A program made the translations under genes and the position numbers. From assembly GCA_964634365.1 (NCBI GenBank), contig CAZWJU010000001.1:21858-85857 (forward strand): a stretch of 64,000 bases of DNA. Reading direction: 5' to 3'. The notes beneath the pieces are model-generated. The model did no database searches, was not told the origin of the DNA, and saw only the letters and a program-made list of their open reading frames with translations. This document shows, piece after piece, positions 9,179 through 17,218 of the stretch (position 1 is the stretch's first letter; every line of letters starts with the position of its first letter). Source of the stretch: an uncultured Candidatus Saccharibacteria bacterium (lineage in GTDB: Bacteria > Patescibacteriota > Minisyncoccia > Phycocordibacterales > UBA9973).

Positions 9179-10072
9179 TCAAGCTTGTTTTCTCTTAAAC
9201 CAAGTTCTTTGGCGTTTTGCGTATTGCCAAATAGCGTTTTCAAGCTCAAGTAGCATTTGGTCCTTTGAAATCTTTTTTTGTAAGTAAAGCGCAGTATAGC
9301 GACACTCTAGACCTAGATCGTTCATCCGTTTCCAAGATACTCCAGATTCGTGGAGTTTTTTTGCTTCACGGAGCATGCCGAGCTTCATGCGTTCAAGTAG
9401 GCGAGCATGAATATTCTTTTTCAGTAATTCATCGGGTAAATCTATGTATACATCGAATACTTCGTATTTTGGCTTCGATTGGATTTTTGGAACAGAGCCG
9501 ATTGATTTTGCGATTTCTATAGCACGGAGAAGGCGTACTCGGTTTTTTGTATCTATGCTTTTAAATCTTTTTGGATCAAGTTTCTTGAGTGTTTCGCAAA
9601 GTTTCTCGGTTGAATATTTTTCTAGTTTTTTGCGAAGCTCTGTGTTCGGTGGAACTTCAGGCAAGACAATCCCTTTTGTAACTGCATCTATATAAAATCC
9701 TGTGCCTCCGACAAGTATTGGCAAGTTTCCGCGTCCGTGTATTTCGTCGATTGCACGCTCTGCATCTTTTTTAAAATATGAAACAGAATAAACTTTTTTC
9801 GGACTTACGATTGAAAGCATGTGATGGGGGATTCCGGAGGAGAAATAGCTACGAGCTATAAGCTGTGAGCTTTTAATACGGGAACGGTCGCGAGGGGTTT
9901 TGCCTGACAATAAATCCAGACCTTTGTAGACTTGGCGAGAATCAGCGGAAACTATCTCAGAAGTGACGCCATGTTTTTTTAAATACTTTGCCATAGCAAT
10001 ACTAGCTCCAGTTTTTCCTGAAGATGTAGGCCCAGTGATTGAGATTATAGGTTTTTTTACTTGCTTTTTCAT
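9179..10072 (-). CDS. miaA: tRNA dimethylallyltransferase
   Basis: 297 aa. P-loop ITGPTSSGKT. Overall MiaA architecture. Start overlaps a divergent promoter. Confidence 0.85.
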   Translation of the reverse strand: MKKQVKKPIISITGPTSSGKTGASIAMAKYLKKHGVTSEIVSADSRQVYKGLDLLSGKTPRDRSRIKSSQLIARSYFSSGIPHHMLSIVSPKKVYSVSYFKKDAERAIDEIHGRGNLPILVGGTGFYIDAVTKGIVLPEVPPNTELRKKLEKYSTEKLCETLKKLDPKRFKSIDTKNRVRLLRAIEIAKSIGSVPKIQSKPKYEVFDVYIDLPDELLKKNIHARLLERMKLGMLREAKKLHESGVSWKRMNDLGLECRYTALYLQKKISKDQMLLELENAIWQYAKRQRTWFKRKQA

Positions 10073-10080
10073 TATATATG

Positions 10081-10089
10081 TGGTATAAT
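10081..10089 (+). promoter_or_regulatory. extended -10 element (TGGTATAAT) upstream of the 10109 gene
   Basis: TGnTATAAT at 10081-10089, 20 nt upstream of the ATG at 10109. Confidence 0.3.
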
Positions 10090-10108
10090 TCTATGCAAAC
10101 GTTCAATT

Positions 10109-11050
10109 ATGAAAAGCATAAAAAAATATTATTATTTTTTGCCCATCATTTTTTCCATTTTTCTCTCAAGCATCTTTTTTTTAAAAGGAGGTTCGAGTGA
10201 TAAAGATAATGTACCACAAAAAGTTGAGCGCGTAAGTGTTCACCACAGAGAGTACAAAAATCTCAAGCCCGAATTGAGCTACAGCCGTATATATTCAGAT
10301 CCTGAATTTGAGAATTTGAATATGCTGGGTACAGTATCAAAATACGGGGTTTATGGAGATGTTGGGAAAGTTCTCCGCGCCATGCGTTTTGAAAATATTT
10401 CAAACGCAGTTGAGAATAGGTACAATCTTCCGCATCACATGATCCTCGCTATGGTCATAGAAGAATCCAATGGCGTAGATCTCTTACCAAATGGACGCAA
10501 TGATGGAGGTTTCGGTCTCTGTCATATGCAACCAGCCACAGCCCATGAGTTTGGTTTAAAGATTTATGCGGACTGCAAGAAAATGGTCTGCGAAGAGCAT
10601 GCTCTGGAATTGAAAAATATTTTAGAGAAGAATAACTTTGACCGAAGTAAGGTGCAAAAGTATGACGACAGGTTTAACCCGATCTTAAATTTGGATGCAG
10701 TCGGAAGAATGCTGGCAAGTTATATGGACGGTCCAAAAATTAAAGGCTTAGGTCCTGGTCGTACTGCAATATGTAGATACGCTGGCAAATACAACTACAG
10801 CCAGTATTGGGCTGATGTAAGACGTAACATGAACCTGTTGTCTGATGAAGAATTTATGAAAAAAGTTGAGGATGCTTTCAATAAAGCAAATCCAAACTTA
10901 GTCATAAATGGCGAAAGAGGGGATTTCGATTCATATATCGCTACATCAGCGGAGCAGGCCTACAACTACGGCTTGGGAGAGTATTTAAAACTCCCGAAAT
11001 ACCTGCCCAAAAATTCAGAAATCGTTTTGGCAACAATAGATGATTTCTAA
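10109..11050 (+). CDS. secreted lytic-transglycosylase-like protein (SLT-domain-like)
   Basis: Start moved to the MKSIKKYY Met, since the ORF-track start overlaps miaA. N-terminal signal/TM. ES...GGFGLCHMQPATAHEFG resembles the SLT catalytic Glu and GLMQ motif. Confidence 0.45.
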   Translation: MKSIKKYYYFLPIIFSIFLSSIFFLKGGSSDKDNVPQKVERVSVHHREYKNLKPELSYSRIYSDPEFENLNMLGTVSKYGVYGDVGKVLRAMRFENISNAVENRYNLPHHMILAMVIEESNGVDLLPNGRNDGGFGLCHMQPATAHEFGLKIYADCKKMVCEEHALELKNILEKNNFDRSKVQKYDDRFNPILNLDAVGRMLASYMDGPKIKGLGPGRTAICRYAGKYNYSQYWADVRRNMNLLSDEEFMKKVEDAFNKANPNLVINGERGDFDSYIATSAEQAYNYGLGEYLKLPKYLPKNSEIVLATIDDF

Positions 11051-11115
11051 AAATAAAAACGCTCCATATTGGGGCGTTTTCTTTTTTATTGACTATGTGT
11101 TTATAAAAGTGTAGT

Positions 11116-11490
11116 TTGTTTAAAAAACAAGTTATGAGCGAAAAACTTAATAAAGATTTTTTTGAAGGTAAAACACCCAGATATCTTCTGAATGAATTGA
11201 TGACTCCATCAAGACCGATTGATCAAAAGTGGCAGATCATTTTACACATCGAACAAAATTTTATTGATCCCAAAGCAATGCTTGCCGAATCAAAGAGGAA
11301 GCTTGAAGGACAGAATCTGCCGGATTCAGTAATAAAAAATATCTTGTCTGCTCAAAAAACAGCCGTAGATATATCTATGTCGCTTTTGAATCTCGACCAG
11401 ATAAACGGAATGGCAGATATCGATAAAGTTTTCGGCCAGATGAAGGAAGTTCATGGGGAAGAGGCCTATTTGGAGGAGGGTAAAATCTAG
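11116..11490 (+). CDS. hypothetical protein
   Basis: 124-aa ORF with no recognisable motif. Confidence 0.35.
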   Translation: MFKKQVMSEKLNKDFFEGKTPRYLLNELMTPSRPIDQKWQIILHIEQNFIDPKAMLAESKRKLEGQNLPDSVIKNILSAQKTAVDISMSLLNLDQINGMADIDKVFGQMKEVHGEEAYLEEGKI

Positions 11491-11502
11491 TATTTTTACC
11501 CC

Positions 11503-11531
11503 TTGACAAAAAAATAGCGATATGCTATACT
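11503..11531 (+). promoter_or_regulatory. near-consensus sigma70-type promoter (TTGACA-17-TATACT)
   Basis: -35 TTGACA at 11503-11508, 17-nt spacer, -10 TATACT at 11526-11531. No protein-coding ORF follows before a strong terminator. Confidence 0.5.
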
Positions 11532-11538
11532 CCTTGCA

Positions 11539-11782
11539 GATCAAATACAGCACATGCCATACAGCGTAGGAATTTTCAGGTTCTACGTGACGGTCAGTCA
11601 GCTGTTGTTCATTTTTAGGGGCCTAATGCGATGCACTTATTGCTATGCAATCAGCCCCATTGCCCGGATGATATATTCTACGCAGAGAACAACATCTGAT
11701 TAGGTAGGTCATTTACCTGAAGAATTTGAAGCAAAGCCCCGTACAGCCCTCTGTAAAAAGAGACATAGTACGGGGCTTTTTT
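11539..11782 (+). ncRNA. candidate small structured RNA (about 245 nt) bounded by promoter and intrinsic terminator; identity unknown (6S-like length)
   Basis: No credible ORF (only 24-26 codon frames without an RBS). GC is higher than its surroundings. Terminator stem aaagccccgtac...gtacggggcttt plus T-tract at 11733-11782. 5' (GAATTTTCAGG) and 3' (CCTGAAGAATTT) segments are complementary. Confidence 0.4.
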
Positions 11783-11835
11783 GTTGACAAAAAATACACG
11801 CAAGATATATTTAAGTTAAATAAATTGTTATCTTT

Positions 11836-12408
11836 ATGAGGAGAAATATTTTGCCAGCAGAATTCTTCCAGTCGAGGAGTTATGAAGATCTGTTAATTAT
11901 TTTAACTAGATCTATTTATACCGATGAAGAGAGACGACAGATAATTGACTACTTGATCGAGAATTATGAAGAAAAGATGATGCTCGACGCTGTCGGCATG
12001 ATGCCCACACCACTTGAACATATGCGCACGTATCGTCTTCCAGAGCGATACCAGAAAGGGGTGAGGATTATTGATATAGTGCAAGATTTGATTTCAGGGG
12101 AGGTCAGTCAGACAGAAAATGTAGATATATATAATTTTTTTCTGCATAATTTCAAAACCCCTTCTCAAGTTTTAGAAGATGCGTACGATAAAGTTGATGC
12201 AGACTTCAAAATTTCAAGAGAAGATGAAGAGATCAAGAAGCTTGCGATCCTTGTCTCTATGACAATAATCCAAGAGATCGGAAATGCCATTCAGAATGAT
12301 ACGATGAACTCTGATGTAAACATTAGGTTTATCGTAAACAGAAATTTGGATAAATTTGAAGATGTAAAGAGGAGAAGGCAAAAGATTTCTGTACGTAAAA
12401 AGGCGTAA
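11836..12408 (+). CDS. hypothetical protein
   Basis: 190-aa ORF. Own promoter-like TTGACA at 11784. Terminator downstream. Confidence 0.4.
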   Translation: MRRNILPAEFFQSRSYEDLLIILTRSIYTDEERRQIIDYLIENYEEKMMLDAVGMMPTPLEHMRTYRLPERYQKGVRIIDIVQDLISGEVSQTENVDIYNFFLHNFKTPSQVLEDAYDKVDADFKISREDEEIKKLAILVSMTIIQEIGNAIQNDTMNSDVNIRFIVNRNLDKFEDVKRRRQKISVRKKA

Positions 12409-12410
12409 TA

Positions 12411-12436
12411 AAACCTCCCTTTCGTCGGGAGGTTTA
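12411..12436 (+). terminator. rho-independent terminator
   Basis: cctccctttcgtcgggagg followed by a T-tract. Confidence 0.6.
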
Positions 12437-12463
12437 GATTTTATATATTTGAATATTGTGTTA

Positions 12464-12693
12464 GTATATTTTTGAAATTACCCGGGTGGATATAAAGCAA
12501 ACTGCTTTGCTTTATATCCGAGCATAGCGAGGTGGCCGACACCCGGGCAATGTTTGCGAAGCAGATCAAAAATACGAAGTATATTTTTGAAATTGCCCGG
12601 GTGGATATAAAGCAAACTGCTTTGCTTTATATCCGAGCATAGCGAGGTGGCCGACACCCGGGCAATGTTTGCGAAGCAGATCAAAAATACGAA
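12464..12693 (+). repeat. two tandem 115-bp repeats, each a tRNA-Leu acceptor-like mini-element (5' GCCCGGGTGG ... 3' ACCCGGGCA) with an internal perfect 12-bp hairpin
   Basis: Unit gtatatttttgaaatt-GCCCGGGTGG-ATATAAAGCAAA-CTGC-TTTGCTTTATAT-CCGAGCATAGCGAGGTGGCCGACACCCGGGCA-atgtttgcgaagcagatcaaaaatacgaa repeated at 12464-12578 and 12579-12693. A third unit starts at 12694 and runs into a tRNA-Leu 5' fragment. Confidence 0.8.
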
Positions 12694-12709
12694 GTATATT
12701 TTTGAAATT

Positions 12710-12760
12710 GCCCGGGTGGCGGAATGGTAGACCTGCCTGCCGGCAGGCAGGCGCAAGGGA
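12710..12760 (+). other. tRNA-Leu 5' fragment (acceptor, D-arm and anticodon-stem 5' strand) interrupted by a 19-nt perfect palindrome
   Basis: GCCCGGGTGGCGGAATGGTAGAC-[CTGCCTGCCGGCAGGCAGG]-CGCAAGGGA matches positions 1-31 of the intact tRNA-Leu at 13006, apart from the palindromic insert. It diverges exactly at the anticodon-loop boundary. Confidence 0.7.
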
Positions 12761-12767
12761 TATAAAT

Positions 12768-13001
12768 ATGTATTATGTATATGCTCTAAAAAGTTTAAAT
12801 AGAAATTATATATATGTTGGCTTAACAAATAATCTTGATCGTAGATTTAATCAACATAATTCTGGATAGGAAAAGACCACGAGAAGCTACGCACCTTTTG
12901 TTTTGCTTTATAGTGAATATCACCAAACAAGAGCAAGTGCTAGAATAAGAGAGAAGTATTTGAAATCTGGTTCCGGAAAAGAATTTTTGAAATCGATATA
13001 A
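12768..13001 (+). pseudogene. GIY-YIG nuclease family gene (YhbQ/UPF0213-like, about 77 codons) with an in-frame TAG at 12867-12869
   Basis: MYYVYALKSLNRNYIYVGLTNNLDRRFNQHNSG-[TAG]-EKTTRSYAPFVLLYSEYHQTRASARIREKYLKSGSGKEFLKSI is one continuous frame, homologous end-to-end to the intact paralog at 28898-29140. TAG is a normal stop elsewhere in the window, so a nonsense mutation is the likely explanation. Confidence 0.6.
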
Positions 13002-13005
13002 ATAT

Positions 13006-13089
13006 GCCCGGGTGGCGGAATGGTAGACGCAAGGGACTCAAAATCCCTCGATGGCAACATCATGAGAGTTCAAGTCTCTCCCCGGGCAC
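13006..13089 (+). tRNA. tRNA-Leu (anticodon CAA), long variable arm, CCA not encoded
   Basis: GCCCGGGTGGCGGAATGGTAGACGCAAGGGACTCAAAATCCCTCGATGGCAACATCATGAGAGTTCAAGTCTCTCCCCGGGCA. Followed by a long hairpin terminator at 13090-13130. Confidence 0.85.
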
Positions 13090-13333
13090 AAAAACAAAAC
13101 ACTAGCTTATTGCTAGTTTTTTGTTTTTGGTGGAGAGACTTGAAAGCCGGAGCGCTGATTAGAAAATCATGTCGGGAGACAAGGCGCGAGGTGGGCGATC
13201 AGCAGATTTGTTCCGTGAGGCTTCGCGAGTGAGTTGAGAGGCAAAAGACAAGAGAGTTGTGATTGTGTTTATTCAAATAGGGACTACCTTACACTTTGAC
13301 TTATACTGTATTACTGGTATTATAAAGAAAAAA

Positions 13334-13699
13334 ATGAAAAAGATTGTAGTGTTCGCTATTGTGAGTTTGCTATTTTATACGGCTTACTGCATTTATTTTG
13401 AAAAAGAGATCTTTTATATTGATTCAGCGAAAGAAATTTTAGGTTTAGATAACAAGACTAATATTGAAAGTCGAAATATATCAGAACCAAATTTTAAAAA
13501 TAATTCTGACTTTTATGAACCATGGATGATACTAGTGCCAGTAGTTTTTATCTTATTTGTAGGATTAATTTCGATAACAGGAGGTAATGATAATAGTTAT
13601 TTTCCGAATCCATATGATAGATGGGATCGCATACCTTCAAATTCTAAGTCGGAAGATTTTTCGAGTTCCGCAGATATAATTTACAATGATCATAATTAA
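13334..13699 (+). CDS. hypothetical small membrane protein
   Basis: Start moved to MKKIVVFAIVSLLFYTAY (TM helix). A second TM lies mid-protein. Terminator at 13692-13735. Confidence 0.4.
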   Translation: MKKIVVFAIVSLLFYTAYCIYFEKEIFYIDSAKEILGLDNKTNIESRNISEPNFKNNSDFYEPWMILVPVVFILFVGLISITGGNDNSYFPNPYDRWDRIPSNSKSEDFSSSADIIYNDHN

Positions 13700-13783
13700 A
13701 ATAACACCCATAAATTGGGTGTTATTTATTTTTGTTGACATAACACTTCATTTAGTTTAACTTGTAAAAATAATTTAGTTCGT

Positions 13784-14185
13784 ATGAAAAACAGAATAAC
13801 ACCAGAAAAGGTTTCAAAACCCAAACACAATGAAGTATTTGTCTTTGGTAGTAATTTATTGGGTCAGCACAGAAAGGGTGCAGCCGCGGATGCAGTTAAA
13901 TGGGGAGCGAAGTGGGGACAGGGAATAGGGCTTGCGGGCAGGACCTATGGCATACCTACCAAGGGCCGAACAATGCAACATATTTTACGTATCGAAGAGA
14001 TAAAAACATATGTTGATACATTTATCTCTTTTGCAGAATCTAGACCCGACCTAACTTTTTTAGTTACAGAAATTGGATGTGGAAGATCCAAGTATGACCC
14101 AAAAGATATTGCCCCACTTTTCAAGCGTGCAGTAAAGGTAGGCAACATCTGGCTTCCAAAGAGATTTTGGGAATGTTTGGAATAA
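13784..14185 (+). CDS. hypothetical protein (possible Rossmann-like SLOG/DprA-related fold)
   Basis: 133 aa. The motif VFVFGSNLLGQHRKGAAADA is reminiscent of nucleotide-binding SLOG-type proteins. No confident assignment. Confidence 0.3.
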   Translation: MKNRITPEKVSKPKHNEVFVFGSNLLGQHRKGAAADAVKWGAKWGQGIGLAGRTYGIPTKGRTMQHILRIEEIKTYVDTFISFAESRPDLTFLVTEIGCGRSKYDPKDIAPLFKRAVKVGNIWLPKRFWECLE

Positions 14186-14254
14186 TTTTATAAACTCGCG
14201 ATTTGCGAGTTTTATTTTTGCCGAAATGTATGATTTTCTGGTACAATATTTGTC

Positions 14255-15301
14255 ATGCAAGGACGTTATGAAAATTCTATATTCTTTATTGATGTAGATA
14301 AAATTGAACCAAACCCATATCAGCCAAGACGCGATTTCGAAGAAGGCCCACTACAAGACCTAGCTTCGTCTATACGTCAGTATGGAGTATTACAGCCACT
14401 AGTTGTGTCACGCGTGGAGAATATTACGGAAGATGGAGGTATGGTTACGAGGTACGAGCTTATTGCAGGAGAGCGGCGTCTGAGAGCTTCTAAGATTGCG
14501 GGTCTGATCCAAGTCCCAGCGATTATTAGAGTCGGCGATGATTCGATGGCAAAGCTGGAGCTTGCAATCATCGAAAACCTACAACGTGAAGACTTGAATG
14601 CAGTAGATAGAGCTCGGGCATTTCTAAAACTTCAAGATGAATTTAAATTTACTCATGCACAAATTGGCGCAAAGATGGGCAAGAGTCGTGAGTATGTTTC
14701 AAACACAATGCGTCTACTTGCTCTACCACAAGAAATCCTGGACGCTCTTTCTGGAGGGAAGATTACAGAAGGTCACACCCGTGCACTTCTGATGCTGTCT
14801 GATAGAGCAGAGGAACAAATGGTTTTGTTCAAAGAAATTATTTATAAAAAAATCAATGTTCGTGACGCAGAAAAATACGCACGCAAGATTGCAGTAGAGC
14901 GAATAAGAAACAAAGATTATGTTCCTGACCCAGAGATTGTAGAGATGGAATCAAAACTCCAAGAAGCTTTAGGCACAAGAGTCCATATAGAGAAAAAAGA
15001 AAACGGCGGATCAATCACGATAGACTTCTTTACAAACGATGACCTACAGTCTATTTTGTCTATGATAAAAGAAGCTGAAAGTAAGCCAGTATCATCTATG
15101 CTCGATAATTTTATAGCAAAAGCAGACAGTGTTTCTGGTGATGAGATAAAAAATAATACAGAGGTTTCTCCTGTTATGGTAGAGAAGACAGAAGTTGTAT
15201 TAGAAGATTCTCAAGAACCAGAAGTTTTCTCGGATGAAAATGTTGGTGAAAAAAATGAAGATGACTCAGATCTCTACAACATAAAGAATTTTTCAATATA
15301 A
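14255..15301 (+). CDS. parB: chromosome partitioning protein ParB/Spo0J
   Basis: 348 aa. ParB-box motif GERRLRAS, HTH region, acidic C-terminal tail. No parA is present upstream in this window. Confidence 0.8.
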   Translation: MQGRYENSIFFIDVDKIEPNPYQPRRDFEEGPLQDLASSIRQYGVLQPLVVSRVENITEDGGMVTRYELIAGERRLRASKIAGLIQVPAIIRVGDDSMAKLELAIIENLQREDLNAVDRARAFLKLQDEFKFTHAQIGAKMGKSREYVSNTMRLLALPQEILDALSGGKITEGHTRALLMLSDRAEEQMVLFKEIIYKKINVRDAEKYARKIAVERIRNKDYVPDPEIVEMESKLQEALGTRVHIEKKENGGSITIDFFTNDDLQSILSMIKEAESKPVSSMLDNFIAKADSVSGDEIKNNTEVSPVMVEKTEVVLEDSQEPEVFSDENVGEKNEDDSDLYNIKNFSI

Positions 15302-15327
15302 AAAAACCGGCGAGTGCCGGTTTTTTT
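15302..15327. terminator. bidirectional intrinsic terminator between parB (+) and rel (-)
   Basis: aaaaaaccggcgagtgccggttttttt. Confidence 0.65.
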
Positions 15328-16795
15328 ATTTGCCCCCAAAAGATAGAAATTTGGAAAGCAGACTGTTTTCTCGTAAGTATTTTTGAATTCTGTGGCGAGC
15401 TAAAGTGGTCTTCGCATAGTCTAGCCACTTACTAGAAGGATTTATATCTTTTCTTGTAGTTACTTCCACTATGTCTCCACTCTTGAGTTTTGTAGATATA
15501 GATACGAATTTGTTGTTTACCTTTGCTCCTGCTATGTGATCTCCGATATCACTATGGATTGCATAAGCAAAATCTATAGCACAAGATTCTTCTGGAAGGT
15601 CTATAATATCTCCCTTTGGAGTGAATACAAAAACTCTATCTTTGAAGAAATCGCTTTTCAATGTTTCTAGAAAATTTTCAGAACCATTTATATTTTTCTC
15701 GGCATTGCGAAGTTCTTCTACCCAAGGGTATTGGAGTGCTATTTTATTTTTCTTGGTTTTGTTTAGGTTTTCTTTGTATGCAAAGTGTGCGGCGATACCG
15801 TACTCTGCCTGTTCGTGCATATCTTTGGTGCGGATTTGGATTTCTACAACTCCTCCGGTTCCAGTAAAGATAGTAGTATGTATACTTTTGTACCCGTTTG
15901 GTTTTGGGGTTGCTATATAATCCTTGATTCTGCCGGGCAAGGGCTTCCAGAGGCCGTGAATTATGCCGAGCACCTGATAGCACTGCTCTATGTTTTCTAC
16001 AATAACTCGTACAGCTATGATGTCGTATACTTTGTCGATATCCATCTCGTATTTCTGCATTTTTTTATACAGTGAGTACAAGTGTTTTACACGCTGGTCT
16101 ACAGAAACATAGTTTAGACCCTGCATCTTGAAATTCTTTTTCAAGGCCCTTTCTACTTCTGTTAGATATTTTGCATTTACTTCTTTTTTCTCTTTTAGAA
16201 GTTCCACTACCAAAGCGTATTCTTTTGGATATGCATATGGGAAGGCTGCGTCTTCTAGTTCGCCTTTTAGTTTACCCATACCGAGTCTGTTTGCGAGTGG
16301 AGCATATATCTCAAGTGTCTCTAGTGCTATGCGTTTTTGTTTGTCTGGACGCAAGTGAGAGAGTGTTTGGACGTTGTGTAATCGATCAGCAAGTTTTATC
16401 ACGATCACGCGCAAGTCCTCGGCCATTGAGACGAAAAATTTACGCATATTTTCTACATTGCGTTCAACTCCTCGATATTTTAGTTTTCCTAGTTTTGTAA
16501 TCCCGTGAACAAGGAACTGTATTTCTTTACCAAAATTTTTCTCTAAATCTTCTTCTGTGACATCTGTATCTTCGACTGTGTCATGTAGCAAACCTGAGGC
16601 GATTACGGTACTGCTCATACCAAGATCTGCCAGAGTGAGGGCTGTTGAATATACATGGTTGAAGTATGGATCTCCGCTTGCTCTTTTCTGGGGTAGGTGA
16701 GCTTTCTCTGCAAATTCATATGCACGAGTAATAAGTTCGATGTCGCTATCGCTCGGGTTTGAGGTATGTTTGAGTAGCTCTTTTAAGCTTGGCAT
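15326..16795 (-). CDS. rel: (p)ppGpp synthetase/hydrolase, RelA/SpoT family (short form, HD + synthetase + TGS)
   Basis: 489 aa. HD hydrolase motif HDTVEDT. Synthetase region with ...DIIAVRVIV... and RxKD-like block. TGS-like C-terminus. Lacks an ACT domain. Confidence 0.8.
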   Translation of the reverse strand: MPSLKELLKHTSNPSDSDIELITRAYEFAEKAHLPQKRASGDPYFNHVYSTALTLADLGMSSTVIASGLLHDTVEDTDVTEEDLEKNFGKEIQFLVHGITKLGKLKYRGVERNVENMRKFFVSMAEDLRVIVIKLADRLHNVQTLSHLRPDKQKRIALETLEIYAPLANRLGMGKLKGELEDAAFPYAYPKEYALVVELLKEKKEVNAKYLTEVERALKKNFKMQGLNYVSVDQRVKHLYSLYKKMQKYEMDIDKVYDIIAVRVIVENIEQCYQVLGIIHGLWKPLPGRIKDYIATPKPNGYKSIHTTIFTGTGGVVEIQIRTKDMHEQAEYGIAAHFAYKENLNKTKKNKIALQYPWVEELRNAEKNINGSENFLETLKSDFFKDRVFVFTPKGDIIDLPEESCAIDFAYAIHSDIGDHIAGAKVNNKFVSISTKLKSGDIVEVTTRKDINPSSKWLDYAKTTLARHRIQKYLRENSLLSKFLSFGGK

Positions 16796-16869
16796 ATTTA
16801 AACTATATATTAAAAATAGTTTTTTGACAAAATAGACTACTAGTGTTAGATTTTTAAAAAAGATCTTTT

Positions 16870-17211
16870 ATGGAAGAAAAAAAAGGGAACCTTGCTTTGC
16901 TATATGGCGGAAGCGATATTGAAAAAAAGATGACAAAAGAGATTCTTACAAGATTTCAGGTGAATTTCATGACAGATGAAAATCTTCATAGCCCGGTAGT
17001 TACACTCCAAGGTATACCGGTGGGTACAAAAATCGCTGATAAATATTTGAAGATAGAAGGCTTTATGAATATTTCAAAATATGCCGAAAACTTACCTGCG
17101 TCAAAATTTATATACAAATATACTTTCAATTGTCGCGGACGTGAGGTGAAACTTTTCAAAAATATTTTTGGAATAGATGACCGAAACTTTCATCTTTTAG
17201 CAAAATTTTGA
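16870..17211 (+). CDS. hypothetical protein
   Basis: 113-aa ORF. No motif recognised. Confidence 0.35.
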   Translation: MEEKKGNLALLYGGSDIEKKMTKEILTRFQVNFMTDENLHSPVVTLQGIPVGTKIADKYLKIEGFMNISKYAENLPASKFIYKYTFNCRGREVKLFKNIFGIDDRNFHLLAKF

Positions 17212-17218
17212 AATCTTT

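Noticed and set aside
12464-12760. Possible CRISPR array (regular repeats near a nuclease-like ORF)
   Set aside because: The 115-bp units are far longer than CRISPR repeats and directly abut each other with no unique spacers. The content is tRNA-derived, and no cas genes are present.
12768-13001. Stop-codon reassignment (TAG as sense) to explain the in-frame TAG
   Set aside because: TAG terminates clearly complete genes elsewhere in the window (the PBP2-like gene, mraZ, gajB), and TGA/TAA are also used as stops. A nonsense mutation is more parsimonious.
13095-13260. SRP (4.5S) RNA assignment for the GC-rich region after tRNA-Leu
   Set aside because: The conserved domain IV motif (GGAAG...GCAGC / symmetric loop) is absent. 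Only generic hairpins are present.
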